Of a stretch of 64,000 nucleotides of DNA, positions 26,787 to 35,818 are shown piece by piece. Made by a program: the position numbers and the translations under genes. The notes beneath the pieces are model-generated. The model was not told where the DNA came from. It saw nothing but the letters and a program-made list of their open reading frames with translations, and did no database searches. This stretch comes from Actinomycetota bacterium (GTDB lineage Bacteria > Actinomycetota > Acidimicrobiia > Acidimicrobiales > VFJN01). The DNA is taken from contig VFJN01000006.1 of NCBI GenBank assembly GCA_009886035.1, positions 2,263 through 66,262 of the forward strand, in the 5' to 3' direction. Numbering within the stretch: the stretch's first letter is position 1; each line of letters starts with the position of its first letter.

Positions 26787-26881
26787 GCCGGGCCGGGGAC
26801 AGCAGCCACCTCCACCGCCGACGGCCTGACCCCGAGGCGGGGGGGTACGGGCATCTCGCGCCGGGGTCAGCCTGAAATGAA

Positions 26882-27988
26882 TCAGCGGAACGAAAATACC
26901 TTGGCCGGGCCGTTGTCGAGCGGAGGCAGGAAGCCGCGTTCACGGAGAATCGGCATCACGCCCTCGCCGAACCAGTAGGCCTCTTCCAGGTGGGGATAGC
27001 CCGACATGATGAACGCATCGAAGCCCAGTTCGTGGTACTCGATGATCCGGTCGGCAACGGTTTCGTAATCTCCCACGAGGGCGGTGCCCACACCGCCGCG
27101 CACCAGGCCCATGCCGGCCCACACGTTGGGGTAGATCTCCAGCCGAGACAGGTCGCCGCCGGTGAGTTCGGCCTGGCGCCGCTGGCCCACCGAAGCGGTG
27201 TTGGCAAAATCAGCCCGTGCCTCGGCGATGGCGGCGGGGGGGATGCCGGCCAGGATGTCGTCGGCGGTCTGCCACGCCGCCGCGCTGGTGGGCCGGGTGA
27301 TGGTGTGGAAGCGAATGCCGAAGCGCAGCGAGCGACCGAAACTGGCCGCTAGCGCTCGCATACGGTCGAGTCGTGGCTTCACCATGGCGGGCGGCTCACC
27401 CCATGTGAGGTAGACGTCTACGTGCTCGGCCGCCACGCGTTCGGCGGCGTCGGAGGCACCGCCGAAGTAAATGGGTGGAACGGGATCTGGAACTTCACGG
27501 GTGGTGGCGTCGGCCACGTCGAAGAACTTGCGATGTTGGGTGAGCGGCGCACCGCTCCAGGCCCCGCGTAGCACCTCAATGAACTCGCCCGTGCGTTCGT
27601 AGCGGGTTTCTTTGTCTTCGGTGATGCCGAAGCGCGCCAGCTCGGCTTGCTCGGCCCCGGTGACGATGTTCACGAGGAGTCGTCCGTCGGACATTCGTTG
27701 GTAACTGGAGGCCATCTGCGCCGCAAGGGTGGGGGTGAGCAGGGCGGGGCGAAAGGCCACGAGAAACTTGAGACGCCGGGTGAGGGGGATGAGCGACGCG
27801 GTGGCCACCCAGGCGTCCTCGCACCCCGTTCCGCACGGCGTGAGCACCGCATCGAAGCCCAACCCGTCGCACGCTTGGGCGACCTGGGCCAAATAGGCGT
27901 GGCTGGGGGCCCGGGCCGGCGAATGGCTGCCGGGAAGGACATCACGCGAGTCGCCCCCGGTGGGGAGGAACCAGTTCATCTCGATCAT
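26882..27988 (-). CDS. LLM-class flavin-dependent oxidoreductase (SsuD-like monooxygenase family)
   Basis: 368 aa. The N-terminus (WFLPTGGD...) and TIM-barrel luciferase-like sequence features fit the family. Confidence 0.7.
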   Translation of the reverse strand: MIEMNWFLPTGGDSRDVLPGSHSPARAPSHAYLAQVAQACDGLGFDAVLTPCGTGCEDAWVATASLIPLTRRLKFLVAFRPALLTPTLAAQMASSYQRMSDGRLLVNIVTGAEQAELARFGITEDKETRYERTGEFIEVLRGAWSGAPLTQHRKFFDVADATTREVPDPVPPIYFGGASDAAERVAAEHVDVYLTWGEPPAMVKPRLDRMRALAASFGRSLRFGIRFHTITRPTSAAAWQTADDILAGIPPAAIAEARADFANTASVGQRRQAELTGGDLSRLEIYPNVWAGMGLVRGGVGTALVGDYETVADRIIEYHELGFDAFIMSGYPHLEEAYWFGEGVMPILRERGFLPPLDNGPAKVFSFR

Positions 27989-28030
27989 CGCCCGCGAGCC
28001 TAAGCAGGTTCGACTCGCCTGCCTAGCGGG

Positions 28031-28426
28031 TCAGCGAGCGGCGACGCGCCGGGCGGTGCGGCGGAGAAGGAGAGCAGGGATGATCACCCCGGCGCCCAGC
28101 GCGGCGAGCCACACGATGACCGTGGCGAGAATCCAGGTGGTGAACCCGGTGATGGCGATGCCATCGGAGATCATCGTGGTGACCAGCAGCCCCAAAAAGG
28201 TAGAGAAGAGGGAGGTCCCGCCCGAGAGCGCCGTGGCCCGGGTGCGCACGGTTCGTTCGAGGAGGGCATGAATGACCGACTCGATCACCGTGAAGATGGC
28301 CACGGCGATGAGAAACGTGCGCCAGCCGATGGTGAGGTCGTCCAGAACCACACTGGCCACAAACAGGCCGATGGTGTTGGCGGCCAGCAGGACGACGACA
28401 CGGACGAGACGAACTCTCATAAGCAA
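28031..28426 (-). CDS. phage-holin-4/DUF360-like membrane protein
   Basis: 131 aa with four hydrophobic helices and a basic C-terminus. Family assignment is by resemblance only. Confidence 0.45.
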   Translation of the reverse strand: MLMRVRLVRVVVLLAANTIGLFVASVVLDDLTIGWRTFLIAVAIFTVIESVIHALLERTVRTRATALSGGTSLFSTFLGLLVTTMISDGIAITGFTTWILATVIVWLAALGAGVIIPALLLRRTARRVAAR

Positions 28427-28587
28427 TGCCTGTCCTCTGCTGATGAAGTGATGGTGGTGTCGCCCGCCGCGGTGCGTTCCGCGGAGCCTTCGAACAATAC
28501 CCGCTGGCCGCCGCCGGACATGGCCCCCCCTCTCGGGACGGCCTCGCCGGCACCCACCGGTGGCTCGCCACCCCCTACGGTGCTCGG

Positions 28588-28878
28588 ATGGAGCTTGGAG
28601 ATCTGCAACGGCTCATGGCCGACACCTATGGCGAGCAGGACCGGGAGCGCGGCATCCCCGCCACCGTGGCCTGGCTCACCGAGGAACTTGGCGAACTGGC
28701 CCAAGCCGTGCGCAAGGGCAGCCCGGCTGAACAACTCCACGAGTTGGGGGATGTGCTGGCCTGGCTGGCCTCGCTGGCCGAGCAATTGGGGCTCTCCTTG
28801 GAGGACGCGATGGCGCGTTACGCCCATGGCTGTCCCACATGCGGGTCGATCCCCTGTCGCTGCTCATCGGGGCCGTGA
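28588..28878 (+). CDS. MazG-like nucleotide pyrophosphohydrolase domain protein with C-terminal Cys cluster
   Basis: EELGELAQAV...ELGDVLAWL metal-binding helices (EExxE...D). C-terminal CPTCGSIPCRC. Confidence 0.65.
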   Translation: MELGDLQRLMADTYGEQDRERGIPATVAWLTEELGELAQAVRKGSPAEQLHELGDVLAWLASLAEQLGLSLEDAMARYAHGCPTCGSIPCRCSSGP

Positions 28879-28900
28879 GGGTTCACAACGCCCGAGAGTA

Positions 28901-29935
<1,035 letters not shown>

Positions 29936-29994
29936 CTATCTCCCTCTCCTGTGCACTCACGCGCCTATTGCGAGCGGGCCGGACCGCCGGTGGG

Positions 29995-30465
29995 CTAGAG
30001 CCCAAAGGCGGTGTGGAGTTCTTGGACGGCCTGCTCAACCTGTGACTGGCGCACGATGCAGGAAATCCGAATCGCCGACGTGGAGATCATCTCGATGTTG
30101 ATGCCGGCGGCGGCGAGAGTCTCGAAGGTGAGGGCGGCCACGCCGGGATTGGACTTCATTCCGGCCCCTATAAGGCTCACCCGAGCAATGCCCGCATCGC
30201 TGCTCACCCCGCTGGCCGAGATCTCCGTCGCCAGGGCCGTGGTGATCGCCTCGCTCTGAGGGAGGTCGTCGTGCGGCACCGTGAAGGAGATATCGGTGAT
30301 CCCGTGCTCCGAGGTGTTCTGCACGATCATGTCGACGTTGACCGCGGCATCGGCGAGGAGCCGGAACAGGCGGGCGGCGATACCAGGCTGATCGGGCACA
30401 CCGCTCACGGTGACCTTGGCTTCTGACGTGTCATGCACGACGGCGGAAACGACGGCTTGTTCCAT
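29995..30465 (-). CDS. lysC: aspartate kinase beta subunit from an in-frame internal start
   Basis: Internal ATG at 30465 (MEQAVVSAV...) is preceded by AGGAGGAG about 6 nt upstream. This is the arrangement known for actinobacterial lysC alpha/beta. Confidence 0.55.
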   Translation of the reverse strand: MEQAVVSAVVHDTSEAKVTVSGVPDQPGIAARLFRLLADAAVNVDMIVQNTSEHGITDISFTVPHDDLPQSEAITTALATEISASGVSSDAGIARVSLIGAGMKSNPGVAALTFETLAAAGINIEMISTSAIRISCIVRQSQVEQAVQELHTAFGL

Positions 30466-31203
30466 GGAGGGCTCCTCCTCTTGCACCCAGGTGCCAGGCT
30501 CCCAGGTGAACGCGGATCGGACGTGCAACTTCACGCCCCAGGTACGGGCAAATTCAACGGAGCGCATCGCCGGCTTCGGGCAGCCTGAGGCGGTCATCTC
30601 CAGCATCTCATCGAAACTGATGGTGCTCATCCGCCGCGCACTCGGCACGAGGCGCGGGTCGGCGGTAAAGACCCCCGGCACATCGGTGTAGAGCTCGCAC
30701 GAATGCGCGCCCAGCGCATGGGCGAGGGCCACCGCAGTGGTGTCGGAACCACCCCGGCCGAGAAAGGTGACGTCTCGATCGCTCGACACGCCCTGGGCCC
30801 CACCCACCACCGGGGTGCGGCCATCGCGCAGGGCGGCCTGGAGCCGCTCGGGCCGCAGTTCGAGAATCTTGGCGTTGGTGTGGGTGTTGTCGGTGATGAA
30901 GCCCGCCTGGCTTCCTGTGAAACTGTCGGCGGGAATACCGAGGTCGTGGAGAGCCATGCAAAGCAAAGCGGTGGCCTTGCGCTCGCCCGCGGTGATGAGC
31001 ATGTCCATTTCCCGGCCGGGTCGCACCTTGGACACCGCTCCGGCGAGGCGGATCAACTCGTCGGTCTCTTTGCCCATGGCGCTCACCACCACCACCACGT
31101 CGTCGCCGTGGCGCCTCGTGCGGGCAACATGGTCCGCCACCTCACGGATGCGCTCGGGATCCGCGACCGACGTCCCGCCGAATTTCTGGACGATCAAGGA
31201 CAC
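29995..31203 (-). CDS. lysC: aspartate kinase (alpha subunit)
   Basis: IVQKFGGTSV kinase N-terminus and two C-terminal ACT domains. Immediately upstream of asd. Confidence 0.92.
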   Translation of the reverse strand: MSLIVQKFGGTSVADPERIREVADHVARTRRHGDDVVVVVSAMGKETDELIRLAGAVSKVRPGREMDMLITAGERKATALLCMALHDLGIPADSFTGSQAGFITDNTHTNAKILELRPERLQAALRDGRTPVVGGAQGVSSDRDVTFLGRGGSDTTAVALAHALGAHSCELYTDVPGVFTADPRLVPSARRMSTISFDEMLEMTASGCPKPAMRSVEFARTWGVKLHVRSAFTWEPGTWVQEEEPSMEQAVVSAVVHDTSEAKVTVSGVPDQPGIAARLFRLLADAAVNVDMIVQNTSEHGITDISFTVPHDDLPQSEAITTALATEISASGVSSDAGIARVSLIGAGMKSNPGVAALTFETLAAAGINIEMISTSAIRISCIVRQSQVEQAVQELHTAFGL

Positions 31204-31235
31204 GAAAAGCGACGTTACCGCTGAGATGCCGGACC

Positions 31236-31745
31236 TTACGAACTAGTTGGCCCTGGATCGGTCTCTTCGATCAACGCGCCCCACGTGCGCAGCAGGTGGA
31301 TGGCATGGTGTTCGGTGACCTTCAGCAGAGCGGACATGGCCCGCAGATCGTCATCGCGGAGCGACAATACCTGGCCGCCGTGATCCCCTCGCTGGGCGAG
31401 GATGGCGCGGAGGAAGCGAAGCATCGGCTCAGCGTCGGGGTCCGCCGGAAGGGCCTGGAGGTTGATCATGATCCGGGCGGGGCCAGGGCTCTCCGGGAGG
31501 GGTGGCGCCCCCAGCAGATCGGCGGTCGACATGCCGTAGAAACTCGCCATGGCATGGAGCTGAGTGAGGTTCAGATTACGGGTGCCCTGCTCGTAGGCCT
31601 GAAGGGTGGCGGCCGTCCAGCGCCCGGAAGACGATTTCTCCACGTCATCAAGGGAAAGGTGGCGGGCATGGCGTATCGCCCGCAACCGCTGCCCGACCTG
31701 CGTCGACAAGTCCGCATCATCAGGGTGGTTGTCGTCGGTCGTCAT
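31236..31745 (-). CDS. XRE-family helix-turn-helix transcriptional regulator
   Basis: HTH_3-like segment LRAIRHARHLSLDDVEKSS...LQAYEQG. Confidence 0.65.
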   Translation of the reverse strand: MTTDDNHPDDADLSTQVGQRLRAIRHARHLSLDDVEKSSSGRWTAATLQAYEQGTRNLNLTQLHAMASFYGMSTADLLGAPPLPESPGPARIMINLQALPADPDAEPMLRFLRAILAQRGDHGGQVLSLRDDDLRAMSALLKVTEHHAIHLLRTWGALIEETDPGPTSS

Positions 31746-31868
31746 GCAGGCACTCCCTGGCCGCCGCCTCCCATGGAGGGGGACTCTACGCGATAACCGC
31801 CGCCCCGGGTTCGCCCGCCGCGCCGCCGAAATCCGAGGGCTGGCGGACTGGCACTAAGGTTTTCTCTT

Positions 31869-32660
31869 ATGCCGAGCGAGAAAAGACAGCGACAAGACGA
31901 GGGGCGCCTCGAGCGCCTAGAGGCCGAGCGGGCCGCCACGAGCCGATCGCACCGCTCCCGCCAGTTGCGAGTGGTGGGTGGGCTCGTGGGGGCCGTGTTG
32001 TTGGCGGCCCTGGCGGTCTCGGTGCTCTCGAAAGATGACCCGCCCACCGCTACCACCGCCACCACCACCCCCCCGAGCGGAGGTGACCCGGCGATCGGCG
32101 ATACCGCCTGTCCGCCGGCTGATGGCAGTGGTGAGCGCACCACCTCCTTCACCTCCGGTCCGGTTTCTTGCATTGATGCCACCAAGACCTACACCGCCCA
32201 GGTGGTCACTTCGGCGGGCGACTTCACCATCGAACTGGATCCGAGCAAGGCGCCGAAAGCCGTGAACAACTTCGTGTTCCTGGCCCGGAACCACTACTAC
32301 GACGGCGTGTCCTTCCACCGGATCATCCCGGGCTTCGTGGTGCAAGGAGGGGATGCCACCGGCGAGCCGCCGGGTACGGGCGGTCCTGGGTACAGCTTTG
32401 CCGACGAACTGCCCACGGACGGTCCGCCGTACTACGAGGTGGGTTCTCTGGCGATGGCGAACTCAGGACCGGACACCAACGGAAGTCAGTTCTACATCGT
32501 CACCGGCGAGCAGGGAGTGAACCTTCCGGCGCAGTACTCCCTGTTTGGGGCGGTCACCGAAGGCCTCGACGTGGTGAAGGCGATTGAAGCGACCGGGACG
32601 GCGGAGGGCACCCCGAGCAGTTCGACCACCATCACCTCGGTCACTATTACTGAGTCCTAG
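31869..32660 (+). CDS. membrane-anchored cyclophilin-type peptidyl-prolyl cis-trans isomerase
   Basis: FHRIIPGFVVQGGD and GSQFYIV motifs, with an N-terminal TM anchor. Confidence 0.88.
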   Translation: MPSEKRQRQDEGRLERLEAERAATSRSHRSRQLRVVGGLVGAVLLAALAVSVLSKDDPPTATTATTTPPSGGDPAIGDTACPPADGSGERTTSFTSGPVSCIDATKTYTAQVVTSAGDFTIELDPSKAPKAVNNFVFLARNHYYDGVSFHRIIPGFVVQGGDATGEPPGTGGPGYSFADELPTDGPPYYEVGSLAMANSGPDTNGSQFYIVTGEQGVNLPAQYSLFGAVTEGLDVVKAIEATGTAEGTPSSSTTITSVTITES

Positions 32661-32688
32661 CCCGCCGCCGAGAGGCCCGGGGGGGGCC

Positions 32689-33351
32689 CTAGGGGAGAAC
32701 GGAGAGGTCGGCGGGCAGTCCGTCCACGAATACCGTCACCCGGCCCGCCCCCGCCGCCTGCCAGGTGCCATCGCCATGGCGCAGCAAGGCCGTGCGACCG
32801 TCGATTCCCACGATCGGCAGGCCCTGGGGGGCGATGTTGAGCGTGCGCTTTTCCTTGTCGTGGCTCCAGGTGTCGTGGTGGGGAATGAGGGCCATGCGCT
32901 CCTGCAGGCCGAGGCCGAGTGTGAGAGCCCCTCCGCGGGGGTCCACCATCGGATCGCAAAGCACCATGGCCCCGGATCCCGAGCCAGCCAGCACCGCTCC
33001 GTCACGCCAGGCGGCCACGATTGCGTCCCATACCGGTGAGTCTTTCAGCACCGACCGGAGGTGCATCGGGGAGCCGTCGGCCAAGTAGATGAACCGGGCC
33101 TCGGCGAGGCGGCCGATATGGGTTGGCGCGAGCGCATCAGGTCGCGTCAGTACCGGCAGTGACCCTACGGTGGCACCCAGCGAAGCGAACCACGCCTCGG
33201 CAGTCTGAATGGCCCGTTCGGGATGTTCATAGGCCGCCGCGGTGGCCAGCACCACCACGTGGGTGCCTCCGCTGGCCACGAGGAGGTCCTGATCGAAACT
33301 GCAGCCCGGACGCCACTCGTCACCACCAACGAGGGCAAGGGTTCCCGGCAT
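32689..33351 (-). CDS. peptidase S51 / cyanophycinase-like (class-I glutamine amidotransferase-like fold)
   Basis: 220 aa from the internal ATG (MPGTLALVGG...). GSGSGAMVL nucleophile-elbow-like motif. Confidence 0.5.
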   Translation of the reverse strand: MPGTLALVGGDEWRPGCSFDQDLLVASGGTHVVVLATAAAYEHPERAIQTAEAWFASLGATVGSLPVLTRPDALAPTHIGRLAEARFIYLADGSPMHLRSVLKDSPVWDAIVAAWRDGAVLAGSGSGAMVLCDPMVDPRGGALTLGLGLQERMALIPHHDTWSHDKEKRTLNIAPQGLPIVGIDGRTALLRHGDGTWQAAGAGRVTVFVDGLPADLSVLP

Positions 33352-33418
33352 AGCGCACAGGCTATGCGGGGCGAGCCTTCTGGACCGCACTCGTGGTCCA
33401 TCGGTAGCGTCGGACTCT

Positions 33419-34276
33419 ATGAGCATCTCCAAGCTAGGGATCGTCGGGTCGGGAATCATGGGGTCGGGAATTGCCGAGGTGGCCGCCAAGGCTGACATCG
33501 AGGTGGTGCTCCGTTCTCGTCAGCGGGCCAGTGCCGATGCCATGGTGGCGGGGCTCGCCAAGTCGCTGGCCAAGCAGGTGGAGCGGGGCAAACTAGACGA
33601 AGCCGTGGCCGCGGAAATCAGTGCCCGCGTGAGCGCCACCGATGACCTCCACGACCTCCAGGACTGCGACCTGGTACTGGAGTCGGTGGTGGAAGATCTC
33701 GCCGTCAAGAAGGACTTGTTCGCCAGCCTCGACAAGATCGTGAAGCCCGGTGCCATCCTGGCCACCAACACCTCCACCCTGCCGGTAGTGGAGTTGGCAA
33801 TGGCCACCGAGCGTCCCGACCTCGTGGTGGGCATCCACTTCTTCAACCCCGCTCCCCTGATGAGCCTCGTGGAGGTCATCGCTCCACTCACCGCCAGTGA
33901 GGCCACCGTGGCCACCGCAAAGGCATTCGCGGCCGGCTGTGGGAAAGACGTCGTGGAGGTGAAGGATCGCGCCGGCTTCATCGTGAACGCGCTGCTTTTC
34001 CCTTATCTGAACAACGCCGTGCGGATGCTGGAGTTGGGTACGGCCAGTCGCGACGACATCGACACCGCCATGAAGGGTGGCTGCAACTTCCCGATGGGTC
34101 CGCTGGCCCTCCTCGACCTCGTCGGCCTCGACACCTCGTTGTCGATTCTCGATGCCCTCTACGATGAGTTTCGCGATCCGAACTATGCGGCTTTGCCGCG
34201 ATTGCGTCGGATGGTGGCGGCGGGCCAACTCGGCCGGAAATCGGGCTCTGGCTTCTACGATTACGCCAAGAAGTAG
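33419..34276 (+). CDS. 3-hydroxybutyryl-CoA / 3-hydroxyacyl-CoA dehydrogenase
   Basis: GSGIMGSGIA NAD-binding motif and the 3HCDH C-terminal domain. Confidence 0.88.
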   Translation: MSISKLGIVGSGIMGSGIAEVAAKADIEVVLRSRQRASADAMVAGLAKSLAKQVERGKLDEAVAAEISARVSATDDLHDLQDCDLVLESVVEDLAVKKDLFASLDKIVKPGAILATNTSTLPVVELAMATERPDLVVGIHFFNPAPLMSLVEVIAPLTASEATVATAKAFAAGCGKDVVEVKDRAGFIVNALLFPYLNNAVRMLELGTASRDDIDTAMKGGCNFPMGPLALLDLVGLDTSLSILDALYDEFRDPNYAALPRLRRMVAAGQLGRKSGSGFYDYAKK

Positions 34277-34290
34277 GAGGACACCACCCC

Positions 34291-35064
34291 ATGACTGCAT
34301 CTGAACTGTTCGACATCGCTGGCAAACGAGCGGTGGTCACCGGTGGTGGCAGTGGCATCGGCACGATGATCGCCTCGGGGTTGGTAGAGGCAGGGGTGAG
34401 CGTGATCATCGCCTCTCGCAAAGAGGATTCCCTCAAAGAGGTCACCGAGGCGCTCGCCGAGCGGGGCGATTGCTCCTACATCGTGGCCGACCTCTCGACC
34501 GAGGGGGGCTGCGAGGGCCTCGGCGCGGCGGTGGCGGAGCGCTGGGACTCGCTCGACATCCTCGTGAACAATGCGGGCGCCAACTGGGGGGCTCCGCTGG
34601 CCGAACAGAACAGCGCCTCCTGGCACCGAGTGCTCGATGTAAACGTGGAAGGCGTATTCCACACCACGAAGTTTCTGCTGCCCCTCCTGCAGGCCGCCGG
34701 CCGTGACGACGATCCGGCCCGGATCATCAACATCGGGTCGATCGACGGCATCCAGGTGCCTGGCTTCGAGACCTACGCCTACTCCGCCTCCAAGGCGGCG
34801 GTGCACCAACTCACCCGGCACTTGGCCAAACATCTGGCCCCCCAGATCACCGTGAACGCCATCGCGCCGGGGCCGTTTCAGTCGCGGATGATGAAGGCCA
34901 CCCTGGCCGCCGCCGGCGATGGCATGGCGAAGATGGTGCCGTTGCGACGGATCGGGCAACCACAGGACATGGCCGGTCCGGCCATTTTCCTCTGCTCGAA
35001 AGCCGGGGCGTATCTCACCGGCGCCATCATCCCGGTAGACGGCGGCATCGCCACCACCAAGTAG
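34291..35064 (+). CDS. SDR-family oxidoreductase
   Basis: TGGGSGIG cofactor motif and YSASK catalytic motif. Confidence 0.85.
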   Translation: MTASELFDIAGKRAVVTGGGSGIGTMIASGLVEAGVSVIIASRKEDSLKEVTEALAERGDCSYIVADLSTEGGCEGLGAAVAERWDSLDILVNNAGANWGAPLAEQNSASWHRVLDVNVEGVFHTTKFLLPLLQAAGRDDDPARIINIGSIDGIQVPGFETYAYSASKAAVHQLTRHLAKHLAPQITVNAIAPGPFQSRMMKATLAAAGDGMAKMVPLRRIGQPQDMAGPAIFLCSKAGAYLTGAIIPVDGGIATTK

Positions 35065-35070
35065 ATAGCG

Positions 35071-35739
35071 GTGCCGCTGGAGCCTGCTCCCACGCCCTGG
35101 AAGTTTCCTCCGGCCACCGATGCCGACGACGACGGTGTGGCCGGAGTGGGGGCCGACCTCGAACCGGGCACGCTGCTGCATGCCTATCGTCATGGGCTCT
35201 TTCCGATGCCGCTCGGCCGTGACGGACCGATGGGATGGTGGTCGCCTGATCCACGCGGGGTGCTGCCTCTCGATGGTCTCGTGGTGAGTCGCTCGCTGGC
35301 GCGTTCACGCGCCCGCTATGAAGTGCGGGTGGATACGGCCTTTGCCGACGTGGTGGAGGCCTGCCGCGATTCGCGACGACCGGGGGGATGGATCAGCCCT
35401 GAGATTCACTCGGCCTACCAACGGCTTCACGATCTGGGCTGGGCCCACAGCATCGAGGCCTGGGACGATGAGGGTCTGGCCGGCGGTCTCTACGGGGTGG
35501 CGGTGAACGGTTTGTTTGCCGGGGAGTCGATGTTTCACCGGCGGGTCGATGCCTCCAAAGTGGCGTTGGTGGGCCTGGTGGATCTCTTGCGCCAGGATGG
35601 CGAACCCGCCCGCCTCCTCGACGTGCAGTGGGCCACCGACCATTTGATGCGGCTGGGGGCGGTGGGAATCCCCCGTTCGGACTACCTCGATCGCCTCCGC
35701 CGCGCCTTGCGGGTAGGGCCGGCCCCGGCCCTGAGGTGA
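35071..35739 (+). CDS. aat: leucyl/phenylalanyl-tRNA--protein transferase
   Basis: YRHGLFPM, WWSPDPR and GGLYGV..GLFAGESMF motifs. Confidence 0.85.
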   Translation: MPLEPAPTPWKFPPATDADDDGVAGVGADLEPGTLLHAYRHGLFPMPLGRDGPMGWWSPDPRGVLPLDGLVVSRSLARSRARYEVRVDTAFADVVEACRDSRRPGGWISPEIHSAYQRLHDLGWAHSIEAWDDEGLAGGLYGVAVNGLFAGESMFHRRVDASKVALVGLVDLLRQDGEPARLLDVQWATDHLMRLGAVGIPRSDYLDRLRRALRVGPAPALR

Positions 35740-35818
35740 GCCCTCGGCCGGGGCATGCCCGCCGGCGATCGGGTCATGGGGTTTGTCGCCCTGATCGGGG
35801 CGGGGGATCATAGAACCC

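Noticed and set aside
26823-26872. Inverted repeat GGCCTGACCCCG...CGGGGTCAGCC after the rhodopsin gene
   Set aside because: The 9-11-bp stem has a bulge and a 27-nt loop with no U-tract. That is too weak to call a terminator with confidence.
24987-28000. Genomic island or prophage at tRNA-Pro
   Set aside because: No integrase, transposase or phage genes are present, and I found no repeat of the tRNA 3' end by eye. Only the compositional dip is retained, as a finding, not as a mobile-element call.
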